Assembly (NCBI GenBank): GCA_016928815.1
Contig: JAFGJZ010000177.1
Coordinates: 987-64,986, forward strand
DNA: 64,000 bases
Direction: 5' to 3'
Source of the DNA: Spirochaetota bacterium
GTDB lineage: Bacteria > Spirochaetota > UBA4802 > JAFGJZ01
How positions within the stretch are numbered: position 1 is the stretch's first letter; each line of letters starts with the position of its first letter. This document shows positions 1 to 9,423 of the stretch, piece by piece. The position numbers and the translations under genes are program-made. The notes below the pieces were generated by a model that saw only the letters and a list, made by a program, of their open reading frames with translations, did no database searches and was not told where the DNA came from.

Positions 1-2153
1 AACAGAGGTATTTTCTGCATGTCTTTTTTATTGGTATTCTTTTCTGTAAATGAATTATCTCTTAAATTCATACTGGAACTGTTATTTCCAGAAGTATTTT
101 TTTGTGTCACGGCTTTTCCGGAACCGGTTTTCAAACTGGACTTATTCCTATTCCGGAACATGAAAATACCTGAAAGGTTTTTGAATAAATTTCCGGAACC
201 GGATTTTTTATCTGAATGTAAATTATTTTCAGTTGAGTATTGATCCCCTGAATTACTGCTCATTATGGAAGATCGTTTATTGTAATTTGGAGATGATGTC
301 TGCATGCCGCTTTGAATTGATGAATCGGAAGTATGATACTGACCATAATTCTCTTTACCTGATTTTCCGAAAAGGGAAATTATCTTATTTACCACCGAAT
401 CCGAAGATCGTCCTTCGCTTTCCTGTTCTCCTGCAGATTCAAACAGGTTGTCAAGATTCAGCTTTTTCACCGATTCTGAGGATATGAACTCTTCATTGAA
501 TATTTTTTTCCGTTCGTTTATAGCATTTTTCAATTCCCTTAATTCATTTTTATAAATTGAGGAATTTGAATAGAGATTAAGAAGATTATAAAGTCTTTTT
601 CTGTCGTTTTCAATCCTTTGTATGAATCCGTGTTTTTGATAGTTTTGTAACATTTCATCTGAAAGTATGTCCGGAACTGTAAATTCTTTTTCAGGCAAAT
701 CAGATAATTCGGCACTCTGGAATATTCCGGACTGTGTCAGATGGAGCGTTATAACTATCTGCGGTGATTTTTTATCAAGATTATATCTTAATGAAGGTAT
801 GATTCTTTTAATGTTTTCACTTTTATTTCTGTTTGCTGATATGGAAAACTGAAATTGGAGATATGAAAGTATGTTGAATATTTCAGTGTCTCCGGTATTT
901 ATATCCTTAAGCTGTTCATATTTTTCCGATTCAAGTATTCCAAGTACTTCTCCGGATAAAAGTTTCTGATATGCTGCATGCAATGAGTTTTCATCATTAT
1001 GCTTACGCAGGATATACTGAATGTTCTGTAGAATGATTATTTTGTTTAATCTTCCTATTTTTTTAATATTTACATTGCTGTCATCGTGTATAAGTACCGG
1101 CTTTTTATGCTGATTTAAAAGATATGATGAATCTTCAAAAACCGAATAATTTACAAGAATAAAATCATGCGGCAGTTTCAATGCAGCTTCAAGTTCCTTC
1201 CGGGCTTTGATATATATGTAGGTGATTTTTTCGTTTTTCTGATCCGTTTTAAGTAAAATGTTGAATGAACTGAAAATGTTCTGAATTGAAATGCCTGACG
1301 GACTGTCAAACTTCATTCCGGTAAAATTTTCTATTTTCATCGTAATGTCAGGAAACAGATTTCTGACTGATTTGATTTTTTCCGTGTAATCGGTAAAAAA
1401 AGTAATTTTTCCCTGAGAAAGATGCTTCCATTTGAAAAATTTGGTTATACTCATATAATTTGAAGAAGGATGCAGAATTGCAGAAATATTACGCGGCGAG
1501 ATCCCAAGATTATTGAACTGTTCAGTATAGGTTCTTGGAAACAGATAAGTTATGAAATTGTTGTTTTCATAAAATACCGGATTATTGTCAATTATTGCAA
1601 ATCCTGCTCCGTTGAAACGGTCCAGTTTTTTGGAATTTCTGGATAAAATATCGTGTGTGACTGCCTCATTCTGCACTTCATCCATGAGGTTTTTAAGATT
1701 TAACAGTTCGTTATCGTTATGCTTTATTTTAAAATTTCCGTCTTTATAGAAAATACCTATGAATGATTCACGGTCTGAAATGGCTTTACTCCCGGAAATA
1801 CTCGGAATATCCTTTTCGGCATTAATGAAATTCGCGTTATCCAGATTTAAGCCGAAAATTTTCTGATAATTAAGAAATTTGTTAATAATCAGATTCCGCC
1901 CTATGTATCTGTTTTTGGGAAGGTATTTTACATCAATGTTAAACTGTTCAAAAGCAGGATTCCCTATATACAGGTCGGAAATAATGATGTTTTCAATAAG
2001 CGGAATTATTTCTACCGGCAGATCCTGCCAGTTTCCTATTCTGATAAAGGGTCGTTCATCATTCAGGGAATCACCTGTGAAGATTATAAAACATTCAGGA
2101 TTGACGACGAATATGCGGTCCTGTTCACTTCTAATTATTTCCGATAATTTCAT
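1..2153 (-). CDS. Large hypothetical protein (>=717 aa), 3' end beyond the window edge; absent from the ORF track
   Basis: ATG at 2153 gives MKLSEIIRSEQDRIFVVNPECFIIFTGDSLNDERPFIRIGNW. The frame is stop-free at every segment I checked (about 1670-2153, 1023-1079, 483-542, 363-410, 3-20) and ends ...MQKIPL at the edge. The short + strand ORFs here look like shadows. Confidence 0.8.
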   Translation of the reverse strand, partial: MKLSEIIRSEQDRIFVVNPECFIIFTGDSLNDERPFIRIGNWQDLPVEIIPLIENIIISDLYIGNPAFEQFNIDVKYLPKNRYIGRNLIINKFLNYQKIFGLNLDNANFINAEKDIPSISGSKAISDRESFIGIFYKDGNFKIKHNDNELLNLKNLMDEVQNEAVTHDILSRNSKKLDRFNGAGFAIIDNNPVFYENNNFITYLFPRTYTEQFNNLGISPRNISAILHPSSNYMSITKFFKWKHLSQGKITFFTDYTEKIKSVRNLFPDITMKIENFTGMKFDSPSGISIQNIFSSFNILLKTDQKNEKITYIYIKARKELEAALKLPHDFILVNYSVFEDSSYLLNQHKKPVLIHDDSNVNIKKIGRLNKIIILQNIQYILRKHNDENSLHAAYQKLLSGEVLGILESEKYEQLKDINTGDTEIFNILSYLQFQFSISANRNKSENIKRIIPSLRYNLDKKSPQIVITLHLTQSGIFQSAELSDLPEKEFTVPDILSDEMLQNYQKHGFIQRIENDRKRLYNLLNLYSNSSIYKNELRELKNAINERKKIFNEEFISSESVKKLNLDNLFESAGEQESEGRSSDSVVNKIISLFGKSGKENYGQYHTSDSSIQSGMQTSSPNYNKRSSIMSSNSGDQYSTENNLHSDKKSGSGNLFKNLSGIFMFRNRNKSSLKTGSGKAVTQKNTSGNNSSSMNLRDNSFTEKNTNKKDMQKIPL

Positions 2154-2259
2154 ATTTCATCCATATGCCTGTTTTTATTTTATTTGAAAAAATATGGAAC
2201 CTGATATATTATTTATATAGACAATTAATTACTTTGAATAATTTTGCAATAAAAATTAT

Positions 2260-2286
2260 TTAAATTCTATAAATTATAGTCGATAA
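2260..2286 (+). promoter_or_regulatory. Putative sigma28 (FliA)-type promoter
   Basis: TTAA-N15-GTCGATAA versus consensus TAAA-N15/16-GCCGATAA, about 25 nt upstream of the ATG at 2311. Confidence 0.4.
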
Positions 2287-2310
2287 AATGAACATAGGGA
2301 AAATTTTCTG

Positions 2311-4752
2311 ATGAAAAATGCGATTTTAAAAATATATCTTAGTAACTTTAAATTAAAACATATTTTCATGGAAATATTATCAGTAATATTTTTAATATCA
2401 GTAGTAATTTTTCTTTTTACTCCCGGTGAAATTGAAACTTCGCCTTCCGGGTGGAATAATAAGATCAGTTTTACTCCCGCAGGTCAGAATGTAACAGGGT
2501 ATTCTGCGCTATCAAAGGGTAATTTGATCGCACTGGCTTATGAAGCGGAAGAAAAGGGGGTTTTATCGCTGTTTGTTAAAATTTCTCTGAATTCCGGAAA
2601 ATTTTTTTTTAATCCTGTAAAAATTTCTGACGCAAATCTCCAGCAAAGAAAGAAAGAATACAAAATGAATCCTTATATTACAGTTTCCGATAATGGAAAG
2701 TTCTTTCTTGTCTGGCAGGATTTTGACGAAATTACTTTTGAACCTAAAATTTATTATGCTTTTTCTGATGATTACGGGGCAAACTGGAGCGGACCGGATG
2801 AGTTTAATATTACGGCCGGTGTACAGTTCCTTCCTAAAATAATCTATGACGGTAAGAACCGTCTTCATGTGTTTTATCATGTTTATGAAAAGGATGCTTT
2901 TTATTTATATCATATTTACGAAACAGGCGGTAAAGGTGTATTTTCCCTGCCTGAAAGACTTGTAAAACTGACCGGTACTCAATTAAGAGGCGCTTTTTTC
3001 CCGGCTATAGCGAATTCTGGAAATGAAATGTATATCATCTGGCAGGGAAAGGGGTTGAACAGAGGCAGTCTGTCGGATGATTTATTTTTTATGCATTCGT
3101 CAGATTATGGAAAGAATTTTTCCAAATCAGTTAAAATTACCACAAGTCCGAAAAATGACGCTTCTCCCGGTATTTTTCTGTTCAACTCAAAAATTTACTG
3201 TACTTATCTTAATGATGAAACCGGAAACTGGGAGATATTTTTAACCGAGTCTGATGATAACGGCAGAACATGGAGCGAACAGCCGGTAAAGATTTTTGAG
3301 ACTAATTTAAACAGTTATGATCCGGTAATGTCTTCCGACAGCCGCGGTAATCCTGTTTTTTTCTGGTATAATATTGAGGATGGGAAAAATAAAATTTTTT
3401 CAAGAAAAATACTCCTGGGAGAGGGGGAAAGGAAATTCAGTGAAATCCAGAACATTTCTCAGAATAAAACTGACGCTACAGCACCGTCTGTTATGACCTT
3501 TGAAAATAATATTACCTGTTTGTGGCTTGAGTCAGGATCCATTAAGGCAAAGTCATCAGATACATATGCCGCACCGCCGGAGGTATTTTCATCGACTCAT
3601 CCGTTTGAAAAATGGTCTAAAAATTCTATTGCCTATATAAACTGGAAAAAGCCTGCAGACGAATCCGGAATAGCAGGATATGCTACCATAATAAACCGTG
3701 ATCCGAATTTTAATCCTACTGTTCAGAATTATGAATCAAATATTTTCAGTACCAGGTCAGGTTCTCTTGATGATGGAATAAACTATTTTCATATCCGCAC
3801 AATTGACAATGCCGGAAATTTCAGCAGAACGGTACATTATCCTCTCATGGTCAGCAGCACACCGCTGCAGATGCCGCTGATAACATCAGATACGCACAAG
3901 GAAGGTGAAAAAACAAATTCACGTAATGTTACGCTTCGATGGACGCAGGCTGATGAAATCAGGGTCAAGGGTTTCAGATACAGTCTGAGCTTAAATTCTC
4001 TTTCAAACCCGGATAAATTTATTTCAGGGAAAGAAATTTCCTTTGATCAGCTTGCTGACGGCAGATACTTTTTTCAGATTCAGGGTGTTGATAAAACTAA
4101 CACATATGGCAGAACTGCTACTTATGAAATAGTAATTGGAGATGTTCCGGACGTAGGTTCCGATTTCTATGAGAAAATTGCAAAAGCTAAAGATGATATA
4201 CCTGTGAAATCAGGAAAACCGGTATTTTTCAAACCTGAGATTCCTGAATTTGAAATAGCCTTAGTTAACCCTGTTCCTTTAAAGAAGCCGGAAGTTAAGA
4301 TCAGAATTAATATAAAAAATGCAGATAAACTGAAAGGTGTTTCAATTACAGGCATTAAAACCGGGCTAAATTCAGATGTCATAATTCATGATAAGCTGCC
4401 TGAAATTGAGAATCCTGAATTTACAATTAATGACCTGTCTGAAGGAACAAACAGTATTTCAGTTTCGCTCAGATATCAGTACTCCAGCCGCGGTAAAATT
4501 ATTGAAAAATGGACAGAAACTGCAACAGCTTCTGTCGAATATAAATTACCGGATAAATCCACTCCGCTCGAAAACTTTGAAAAAAAACTTTTACCTGAAC
4601 TTGCAGCTTCAAAATATGCGGCTGTTGCAGTTATACTGCTGCTTCTTGTTGCATGGTTTAACAGCTTTAACAGAAAATCGCTTTTTTACCTAAAAAGTTT
4701 TTTTACGAGGACGGTACTTTCTTTAAAATTGATTGTATCAAATTTAATCTAA
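2311..4752 (+). CDS. Membrane-anchored BNR/Asp-box (sialidase-like beta-propeller) protein with Fn3/Ig-like domains
   Basis: Asp-boxes SLNSGKFF, SDDYGANWS, SSDYGKNFS, SDDNGRTWS; two Fn3-like segments ending LDDGINYFHIRTID and LADGRYFFQIQGVD; N- and C-terminal hydrophobic helices; alternative start at 2368. Confidence 0.75.
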   Translation: MKNAILKIYLSNFKLKHIFMEILSVIFLISVVIFLFTPGEIETSPSGWNNKISFTPAGQNVTGYSALSKGNLIALAYEAEEKGVLSLFVKISLNSGKFFFNPVKISDANLQQRKKEYKMNPYITVSDNGKFFLVWQDFDEITFEPKIYYAFSDDYGANWSGPDEFNITAGVQFLPKIIYDGKNRLHVFYHVYEKDAFYLYHIYETGGKGVFSLPERLVKLTGTQLRGAFFPAIANSGNEMYIIWQGKGLNRGSLSDDLFFMHSSDYGKNFSKSVKITTSPKNDASPGIFLFNSKIYCTYLNDETGNWEIFLTESDDNGRTWSEQPVKIFETNLNSYDPVMSSDSRGNPVFFWYNIEDGKNKIFSRKILLGEGERKFSEIQNISQNKTDATAPSVMTFENNITCLWLESGSIKAKSSDTYAAPPEVFSSTHPFEKWSKNSIAYINWKKPADESGIAGYATIINRDPNFNPTVQNYESNIFSTRSGSLDDGINYFHIRTIDNAGNFSRTVHYPLMVSSTPLQMPLITSDTHKEGEKTNSRNVTLRWTQADEIRVKGFRYSLSLNSLSNPDKFISGKEISFDQLADGRYFFQIQGVDKTNTYGRTATYEIVIGDVPDVGSDFYEKIAKAKDDIPVKSGKPVFFKPEIPEFEIALVNPVPLKKPEVKIRINIKNADKLKGVSITGIKTGLNSDVIIHDKLPEIENPEFTINDLSEGTNSISVSLRYQYSSRGKIIEKWTETATASVEYKLPDKSTPLENFEKKLLPELAASKYAAVAVILLLLVAWFNSFNRKSLFYLKSFFTRTVLSLKLIVSNLI

Positions 4753-4755
4753 TAG

Positions 4756-4784
4756 TTGACATTGTTGACTCTTTAAGTTACAAT
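4756..4784 (+). promoter_or_regulatory. Sigma70-type promoter
   Basis: TTGACA-N17-TACAAT, followed by RBS AAAGGAGG and ATG at 4807. Confidence 0.65.
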
Positions 4785-4806
4785 ATTAGTGATAAAAGGA
4801 GGTGTC

Positions 4807-5514
4807 ATGAAAAATAAATTATTTTTATCAGCAGCGTTCTTTTTCTGTATGTCACTGTCGGTTGTTTTTTCAGAAAGTGCATTTCGCGGCGGAGATCTTG
4901 TAATGGAACCGCTGTCAGCAAAAACGATGGAATATCTTCCCGTAACAAGGGATTTTAGAAATTATTTTATTTTACAGTCAATTGATGATGTTACCAATAT
5001 TATAATCGGGGATTTCGTTGGCGCGGATATATTAATTACTGTTATAAGTGATTTGGAATCCGATGGTAAGGCTGACAAGTTCTATGAATGGTACCCTCAG
5101 GTTAAAAAGAAAAAAATCCAGACAAAACCTACCACGCCGCTTTATGAAGGGGATGAGAAAACCAAGGAAAAAATCATTTCGGGCGAAATTTTCAGGACAA
5201 ACTATTCTTATAAAATGTCCTCGCTCGATTCATTGAAATATATGCTTAAAAAAGGAACTGATATTGTAAAATATGAACATGGATATGCAGTCCGTATTTT
5301 CGATCCGGAGAAACCTACAGAAAGAATGAGCGAGTTTTTTTTCGGAAGGAAGAATGGACGTTATGACCTGCAGTTTAAGACGAATTATTATAAATTGTAC
5401 AATACTGTAATAAAACCGCCGATACCTTTTTCCGTATATTGTGTAAACTCCAAAGACAAGGCTGTAAAAGATACAGTTGAAGAATTAATAAAAATTGTGG
5501 AAGCGGCAGATTAG
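4807..5514 (+). CDS. Secreted hypothetical protein
   Basis: Strong RBS before ATG 4807; signal peptide MKNKLFLSAAFFFCMSLSVVFS; no family recognised. Confidence 0.75.
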   Translation: MKNKLFLSAAFFFCMSLSVVFSESAFRGGDLVMEPLSAKTMEYLPVTRDFRNYFILQSIDDVTNIIIGDFVGADILITVISDLESDGKADKFYEWYPQVKKKKIQTKPTTPLYEGDEKTKEKIISGEIFRTNYSYKMSSLDSLKYMLKKGTDIVKYEHGYAVRIFDPEKPTERMSEFFFGRKNGRYDLQFKTNYYKLYNTVIKPPIPFSVYCVNSKDKAVKDTVEELIKIVEAAD

Positions 5515-5553
5515 AATTATTTTTTAAGCCTCATTACTGAGTTTGGGAATCTG

Positions 5554-5584
5554 AAATCAAGGGGACATCCCCTTGATTTGTTTT
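5554..5584 (+). terminator. Rho-independent terminator
   Basis: AAATCAAGGGG-ACAT-CCCCTTGATTT followed by GTTTT, 40 nt after the stop at 5514. Confidence 0.65.
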
Positions 5585-5726
5585 AATAACATGATTTTTC
5601 CCGACAGTTGCATTTTTATTACGGTAATTTATCAGTGCTTAAAATGGATGTTGATTCAGCGGACTTATAGAACAGATCATGTGATTCTGTATTTTGTTTT
5701 TAACGACAGGTATAATGTGAATGGAT

Positions 5727-5762
5727 AAAAAAACCGCCTGCAGGCTGCAGGCGGTTTTTTTT
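5727..5762. terminator. Bidirectional-type terminator for the minus-strand gene ending at 5770
   Basis: A7-CCGCCTGC-AGGCT-GCAGGCGG-T8. Confidence 0.8.
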
Positions 5763-5769
5763 CAACTAT

Positions 5770-6378
5770 TTATTTTGCTTTTGGTTTTGCTTTCGGTTTT
5801 GATTTGGAGCCTGATGCCGGTTTGGCATTCGCAATTGATTTTGTATCTGCTTTTTCTTTGAGATGATAAACCATTTCCCTGAAAAGGTCATATGTTTCTT
5901 TTAAATAATCACTTTGACGTAAATCACGCATTTTGTCAGGAAATTTATTGTTTAATATCTGTTTCATATATTCAGCCATTACATAAAGAGGTCCGGCAAT
6001 TCTATGCGTCTGACGTATAAGGACAAAAAATAACACAATACCCTGAATAATAATTATGCAGATAATGATCCAGAGAAGCAGCTGATTTTGAAAAATCATT
6101 TTTCTTAAAGTCTGCATGTTTTCATTATGGTTTTTTGCCATTTCCCGGCTCATTCTCTGTTGGGTTTCATCTGCAGCAGACATATCAGAACTTGTTAAAA
6201 CCTGAACAATGCTATCCTGAATATCAACAATGCGATTAATTTTATCATTATTGTCCAGAGCATTGAATCCGATTAAAGCTGTAAGTATTGCTACTACAAT
6301 AAAAATTAAGCCGATTACAGTAAATGTCGCACGGAATTGAAATTTTTTATTGATTATATAAATTTTTCTTTTCGCCAT
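5770..6378 (-). CDS. Two-TM membrane protein with HAMP-like segment and basic C-terminal tail
   Basis: Two hydrophobic helices; THRIAGPLY...LRQSDYLKE HAMP-like motif; tail KPASGSKSKPKAKPKAK; RBS AGAGG. Confidence 0.7.
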   Translation of the reverse strand: MAKRKIYIINKKFQFRATFTVIGLIFIVVAILTALIGFNALDNNDKINRIVDIQDSIVQVLTSSDMSAADETQQRMSREMAKNHNENMQTLRKMIFQNQLLLWIIICIIIIQGIVLFFVLIRQTHRIAGPLYVMAEYMKQILNNKFPDKMRDLRQSDYLKETYDLFREMVYHLKEKADTKSIANAKPASGSKSKPKAKPKAK

Positions 6379-6441
6379 ATATATACCTCTTTTATATATT
6401 TATGTATTTTCTCATATTTATTTCATTAAGTCAATGTTTTT

Positions 6442-7050
6442 TCATAGGTTAAAAAGAGATTTAATCAGTTCAATTTCAACGGCTGTTTTAAAAAAAAGAC
6501 GAAGCGGGAAACCGATGATATTTGTATGGGATCCTTCATATTTTTCAATTATCATTGAACCGTTTTCCTGAATGGCATAGGCTCCTGCTTTATCCATGTA
6601 TTCGGTTGCATCAAGATAGGCGGCGATCCCGGAAGCTGAAAGCGGTTTAAAAAATACCGGACTTTTTTCAAGCGAGCATACCGTGTCAGCAACGCTGCCG
6701 TTTAGGATGTATGTCAGTCCGATTGCCGTAATAACATTATGTGTCTTACCCTGAAGCATCTGAAGTATTTGAACGGCATGTTCCCTGTCACGGGGCTTTT
6801 GAAGAATTATATTTCTGTATTCAACAATAGTATCTGATGTAATAATCAGGATTTCCCCGCTTTCTGTACGATCAATCCTGTTTAGAATTTCCAGGTTTTT
6901 TTCACGGGCCATACGCAGGGTGAAAACATCCGCTTTTTCATCCGGAAGATTTGATTCATCTATATGCGGAGGAATTATCTCAATATCATTAAAAAGACGG
7001 GAGAGTATCTGTTTTCTGCGCGGAGATGATGAACCAAGTATGATTTTCAT
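6442..7050 (-). CDS. maf: Maf family nucleoside triphosphate pyrophosphatase
   Basis: ILGSSSPRRK, TSDTIV, QKP, DKAGAYAIQ, NIIGFP motifs; 4-nt overlap with rel. Confidence 0.92.
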   Translation of the reverse strand: MKIILGSSSPRRKQILSRLFNDIEIIPPHIDESNLPDEKADVFTLRMAREKNLEILNRIDRTESGEILIITSDTIVEYRNIILQKPRDREHAVQILQMLQGKTHNVITAIGLTYILNGSVADTVCSLEKSPVFFKPLSASGIAAYLDATEYMDKAGAYAIQENGSMIIEKYEGSHTNIIGFPLRLFFKTAVEIELIKSLFNL

Positions 7051-9095
7051 TTTTTCAATATTACTTTTTCATTAATTTTATATGCATCTCTTATGTCTTT
7101 AATGGACTTCAGTTTTTTAATTATTTCATTCATGTGATCCACGCTCTTAACTTCAAGTACGAATTTAATTGTGGCGATCCCGTTCTGCGGCTCGGAAGCC
7201 TCAATTTTAATAATATTCGTTTTCATAAGGGATATCTGATCCGCGATATCCCTGAAAAGATGCGGCCTGTCTGTTGCTGTAATTGCTATTTTTATCGGAT
7301 GAACCTGCTCCGAATCAGACCACAGGATGTTGATGAATCTTTCCTTTTCTTCTTTCATGTGTCGTATGGAAGGACATGACTTTTTATGAACGGTTATTCC
7401 GCGTCCCCTTGTAATGAATCCTATTACTTCATCGCCGGGGATGGGCTGGCAGCATTGAGACAGTTTAATCAGCACATTCGAGTCGCCTTCAACAGTAATT
7501 CCTGTCTTGTTTTTCCTGTTGTACTGATGTATTTTTATCAAATCAGTATCAGGAATGGATACTTCCGCAGTTTTTTCCTTTTTTGATTTTCTGGCTTTTT
7601 CCTCTTTTTTAAAATCGGAATCCATCTCTGAATGATGTTTTCTTAACCAGGTTTTTATCTTGGTTCTGGCATTAGAGGATTTAACAATTTTCAGCCATGT
7701 ATCATTGGGATGATGGTTCGGGTTTGTTGTAATTTCAACTATGTCACCGCTGTTTAAGGTTGTTCGCAAAGGAACCATTGAATTATTAACCTTTGCTCCG
7801 GAACAGTGATGTCCGACTTCGGTATGGATGGAATAGGCAAAATCTATCGGTGTGGCGCCTTTGCCGAGTTTGATAATTTTGCCTTTAGGAGTAAAAACGA
7901 AAATTTCCTCTTCGTACAGATCCATTTTCAGTTCGGTCATGAACTCTCTTGTGTCATTTACCTCTTCCCGCCATTTGGTTATATCCTTGAGCAGGGCAAG
8001 TCCGGACTGTTTCGGTATTGAATCTTTCAGATTTACATTTTCCTTGTATGACCAATGAGCTGCGATACCCATATCAGCGGTTAAATCCATTTCTATTGTC
8101 CTGATCTGAATTTCAAGGAAATGCTTGTCAGGTCCTGTTACGGTTGTATGAAGCGACTGATACATATTTGACTTCGGAACTGCAATGTAGTCTTTAAACC
8201 TGCTTGGCACAGGCGGCCATAACGTGTGAACTGTACCAAGTATGGCATAGCAGTCCTTGACTTCTTTTGCAATGATTCTTATTGCGCGTATATCGAATAT
8301 ATCCTCAAATGTTTTGTCCTGATATTTCATTTTGCGGTAAATGGAATAGAAGTGCTTGACCCTTCCTGTGATTTCAGCTTCAAGGTTGTTCTTTTTAAGC
8401 TCTTTATGAAGTTCTTCACTGATAAATTCAATATAGGCCTCAATTTCATCCCTTCTGAGTGAAAAATGTTTTTTTAGATCTTCATAGTCCTGGGGATATA
8501 AAACATGGAAAGCAAGATCTTCAAGTTCCGAACGTATCTTTGACATACCAAGTCTGCCTGCAAGCGGAGCGTAAATATCAAGTACTTCTGTAGCGATCTT
8601 TTTCTGCTTTGCAGCAGGTTGAAACATGAGAGTGCGCATATTGTGCGTTTTATCCGCAAGTTTTATTATTATTACTCTGGCGTCTTTTATGGTTGCCATA
8701 AGCATTTTACGGAGGGTCTGCGCCTGGTCATGGTACTTGGTTTTTTTCTTGAGAGATGAAATTTTTGTAACACCGTCTACAAGCTCGGCGATGTTTTCAC
8801 CGAAATTTGAAGCTATTTTAGGAAGAGATGTCTCCGTATCCTCGACAACATCATGCAGCAGTGCTGCAATAATCGTAGGCGTGTCCATTTTAAGTTTGGC
8901 CAGAATGATGGCAACTTCAAGCGGATGAATTATGTAAGGTTCGCCTGACAGTCTTTTCTGGTTTTTATGCGCATTCTCAGCATACTCGTAAGCTGCAGTA
9001 ATCAGCGGAATGTCAGCATCTGGTCTGTTTTTTTTTAAAATTTCAAGAAGAGTATTGAAATCCCTTTCTTTTATTTTTAATTCAATTTCACCCAT
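7047..9095 (-). CDS. rel: Bifunctional (p)ppGpp synthetase/hydrolase (long RSH)
   Basis: HD hydrolase HDVVED; synthetase RFKDY/YQSLHT/EIQIRT; TGS VFTPKG..DFAYSIH; CCQPIPGD; C-terminal ACT domain. Confidence 0.96.
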   Translation of the reverse strand: MGEIELKIKERDFNTLLEILKKNRPDADIPLITAAYEYAENAHKNQKRLSGEPYIIHPLEVAIILAKLKMDTPTIIAALLHDVVEDTETSLPKIASNFGENIAELVDGVTKISSLKKKTKYHDQAQTLRKMLMATIKDARVIIIKLADKTHNMRTLMFQPAAKQKKIATEVLDIYAPLAGRLGMSKIRSELEDLAFHVLYPQDYEDLKKHFSLRRDEIEAYIEFISEELHKELKKNNLEAEITGRVKHFYSIYRKMKYQDKTFEDIFDIRAIRIIAKEVKDCYAILGTVHTLWPPVPSRFKDYIAVPKSNMYQSLHTTVTGPDKHFLEIQIRTIEMDLTADMGIAAHWSYKENVNLKDSIPKQSGLALLKDITKWREEVNDTREFMTELKMDLYEEEIFVFTPKGKIIKLGKGATPIDFAYSIHTEVGHHCSGAKVNNSMVPLRTTLNSGDIVEITTNPNHHPNDTWLKIVKSSNARTKIKTWLRKHHSEMDSDFKKEEKARKSKKEKTAEVSIPDTDLIKIHQYNRKNKTGITVEGDSNVLIKLSQCCQPIPGDEVIGFITRGRGITVHKKSCPSIRHMKEEKERFINILWSDSEQVHPIKIAITATDRPHLFRDIADQISLMKTNIIKIEASEPQNGIATIKFVLEVKSVDHMNEIIKKLKSIKDIRDAYKINEKVILKK

Positions 9096-9244
9096 ACACT
9101 CTGTCCGAAGAAGTATTTAAAGAGATTTATAAACAACAATTGCTATTTCAGAATTATAGCATAATTTAGTCAACATGTTAAAAAATAATCATGAATTACT
9201 AATTTCCTAAAAAAATATAAATTTCAATAAAAAATAAAAAAAAA

Positions 9245-9272
9245 CTAATAAAATTCAGTCTTCTTCCGATAA
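9245..9272 (+). promoter_or_regulatory. Putative sigma28-type promoter driving a small RNA
   Basis: CTAA-N16-TCCGATAA; no ORF between it and the terminator at 9320-9358. Confidence 0.5.
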
Positions 9273-9279
9273 ATTTAAT

Positions 9280-9358
9280 GATTGATTATAAGCACTCCTT
9301 TTGAACCCATTTTGGGTAGAAGGCTTTTGCAGACTGCACTCCTGCAAAAGCCTTTTTT
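9280..9358 (+). ncRNA. Putative ~80-nt small RNA with two GCACUCCU (anti-SD-like) motifs
   Basis: GCACTCCT at 9292-9299 and 9336-9343; small hairpin ACCCA-TTT-TGGGT at 9305-9317; 13-bp terminator stem 9320-9354 plus U-run; lies between divergent genes, so the terminator serves no upstream CDS. Confidence 0.6.
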
Positions 9359-9377
9359 GTTGTTCCGGAAATTATAT

Positions 9378-9407
9378 TTGACAGGCCGTTTCAATGTGTC
9401 TTATTTA
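9378..9407 (+). promoter_or_regulatory. Sigma70-type promoter for the YrdC-family gene
   Basis: TTGACA-N18-TATTTA immediately downstream of the sRNA terminator. Confidence 0.45.
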
Positions 9408-9423
9408 ATAAAAGGCAGATATT

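Noticed and set aside
19..2187. Short + strand ORFs (19-243, 233-487, 667-852, 1879-2187)
   Set aside because: They are antisense shadows of the long minus-strand gene and show no motifs or RBS.
5580..5726. Hidden gene or sRNA between two terminators
   Set aside because: I found no convincing ORF with RBS, promoter pair or structure. It cannot be excluded without expression data.
9153..9173. TTGACT-N9-TATAAT on the minus strand before rel (also TTGACA-N9-TAAAAT at 29231-29251 before the tRNAs)
   Set aside because: A 9-nt spacer does not fit sigma70 geometry. Two instances in very AT-rich DNA are too few to claim a new promoter class.
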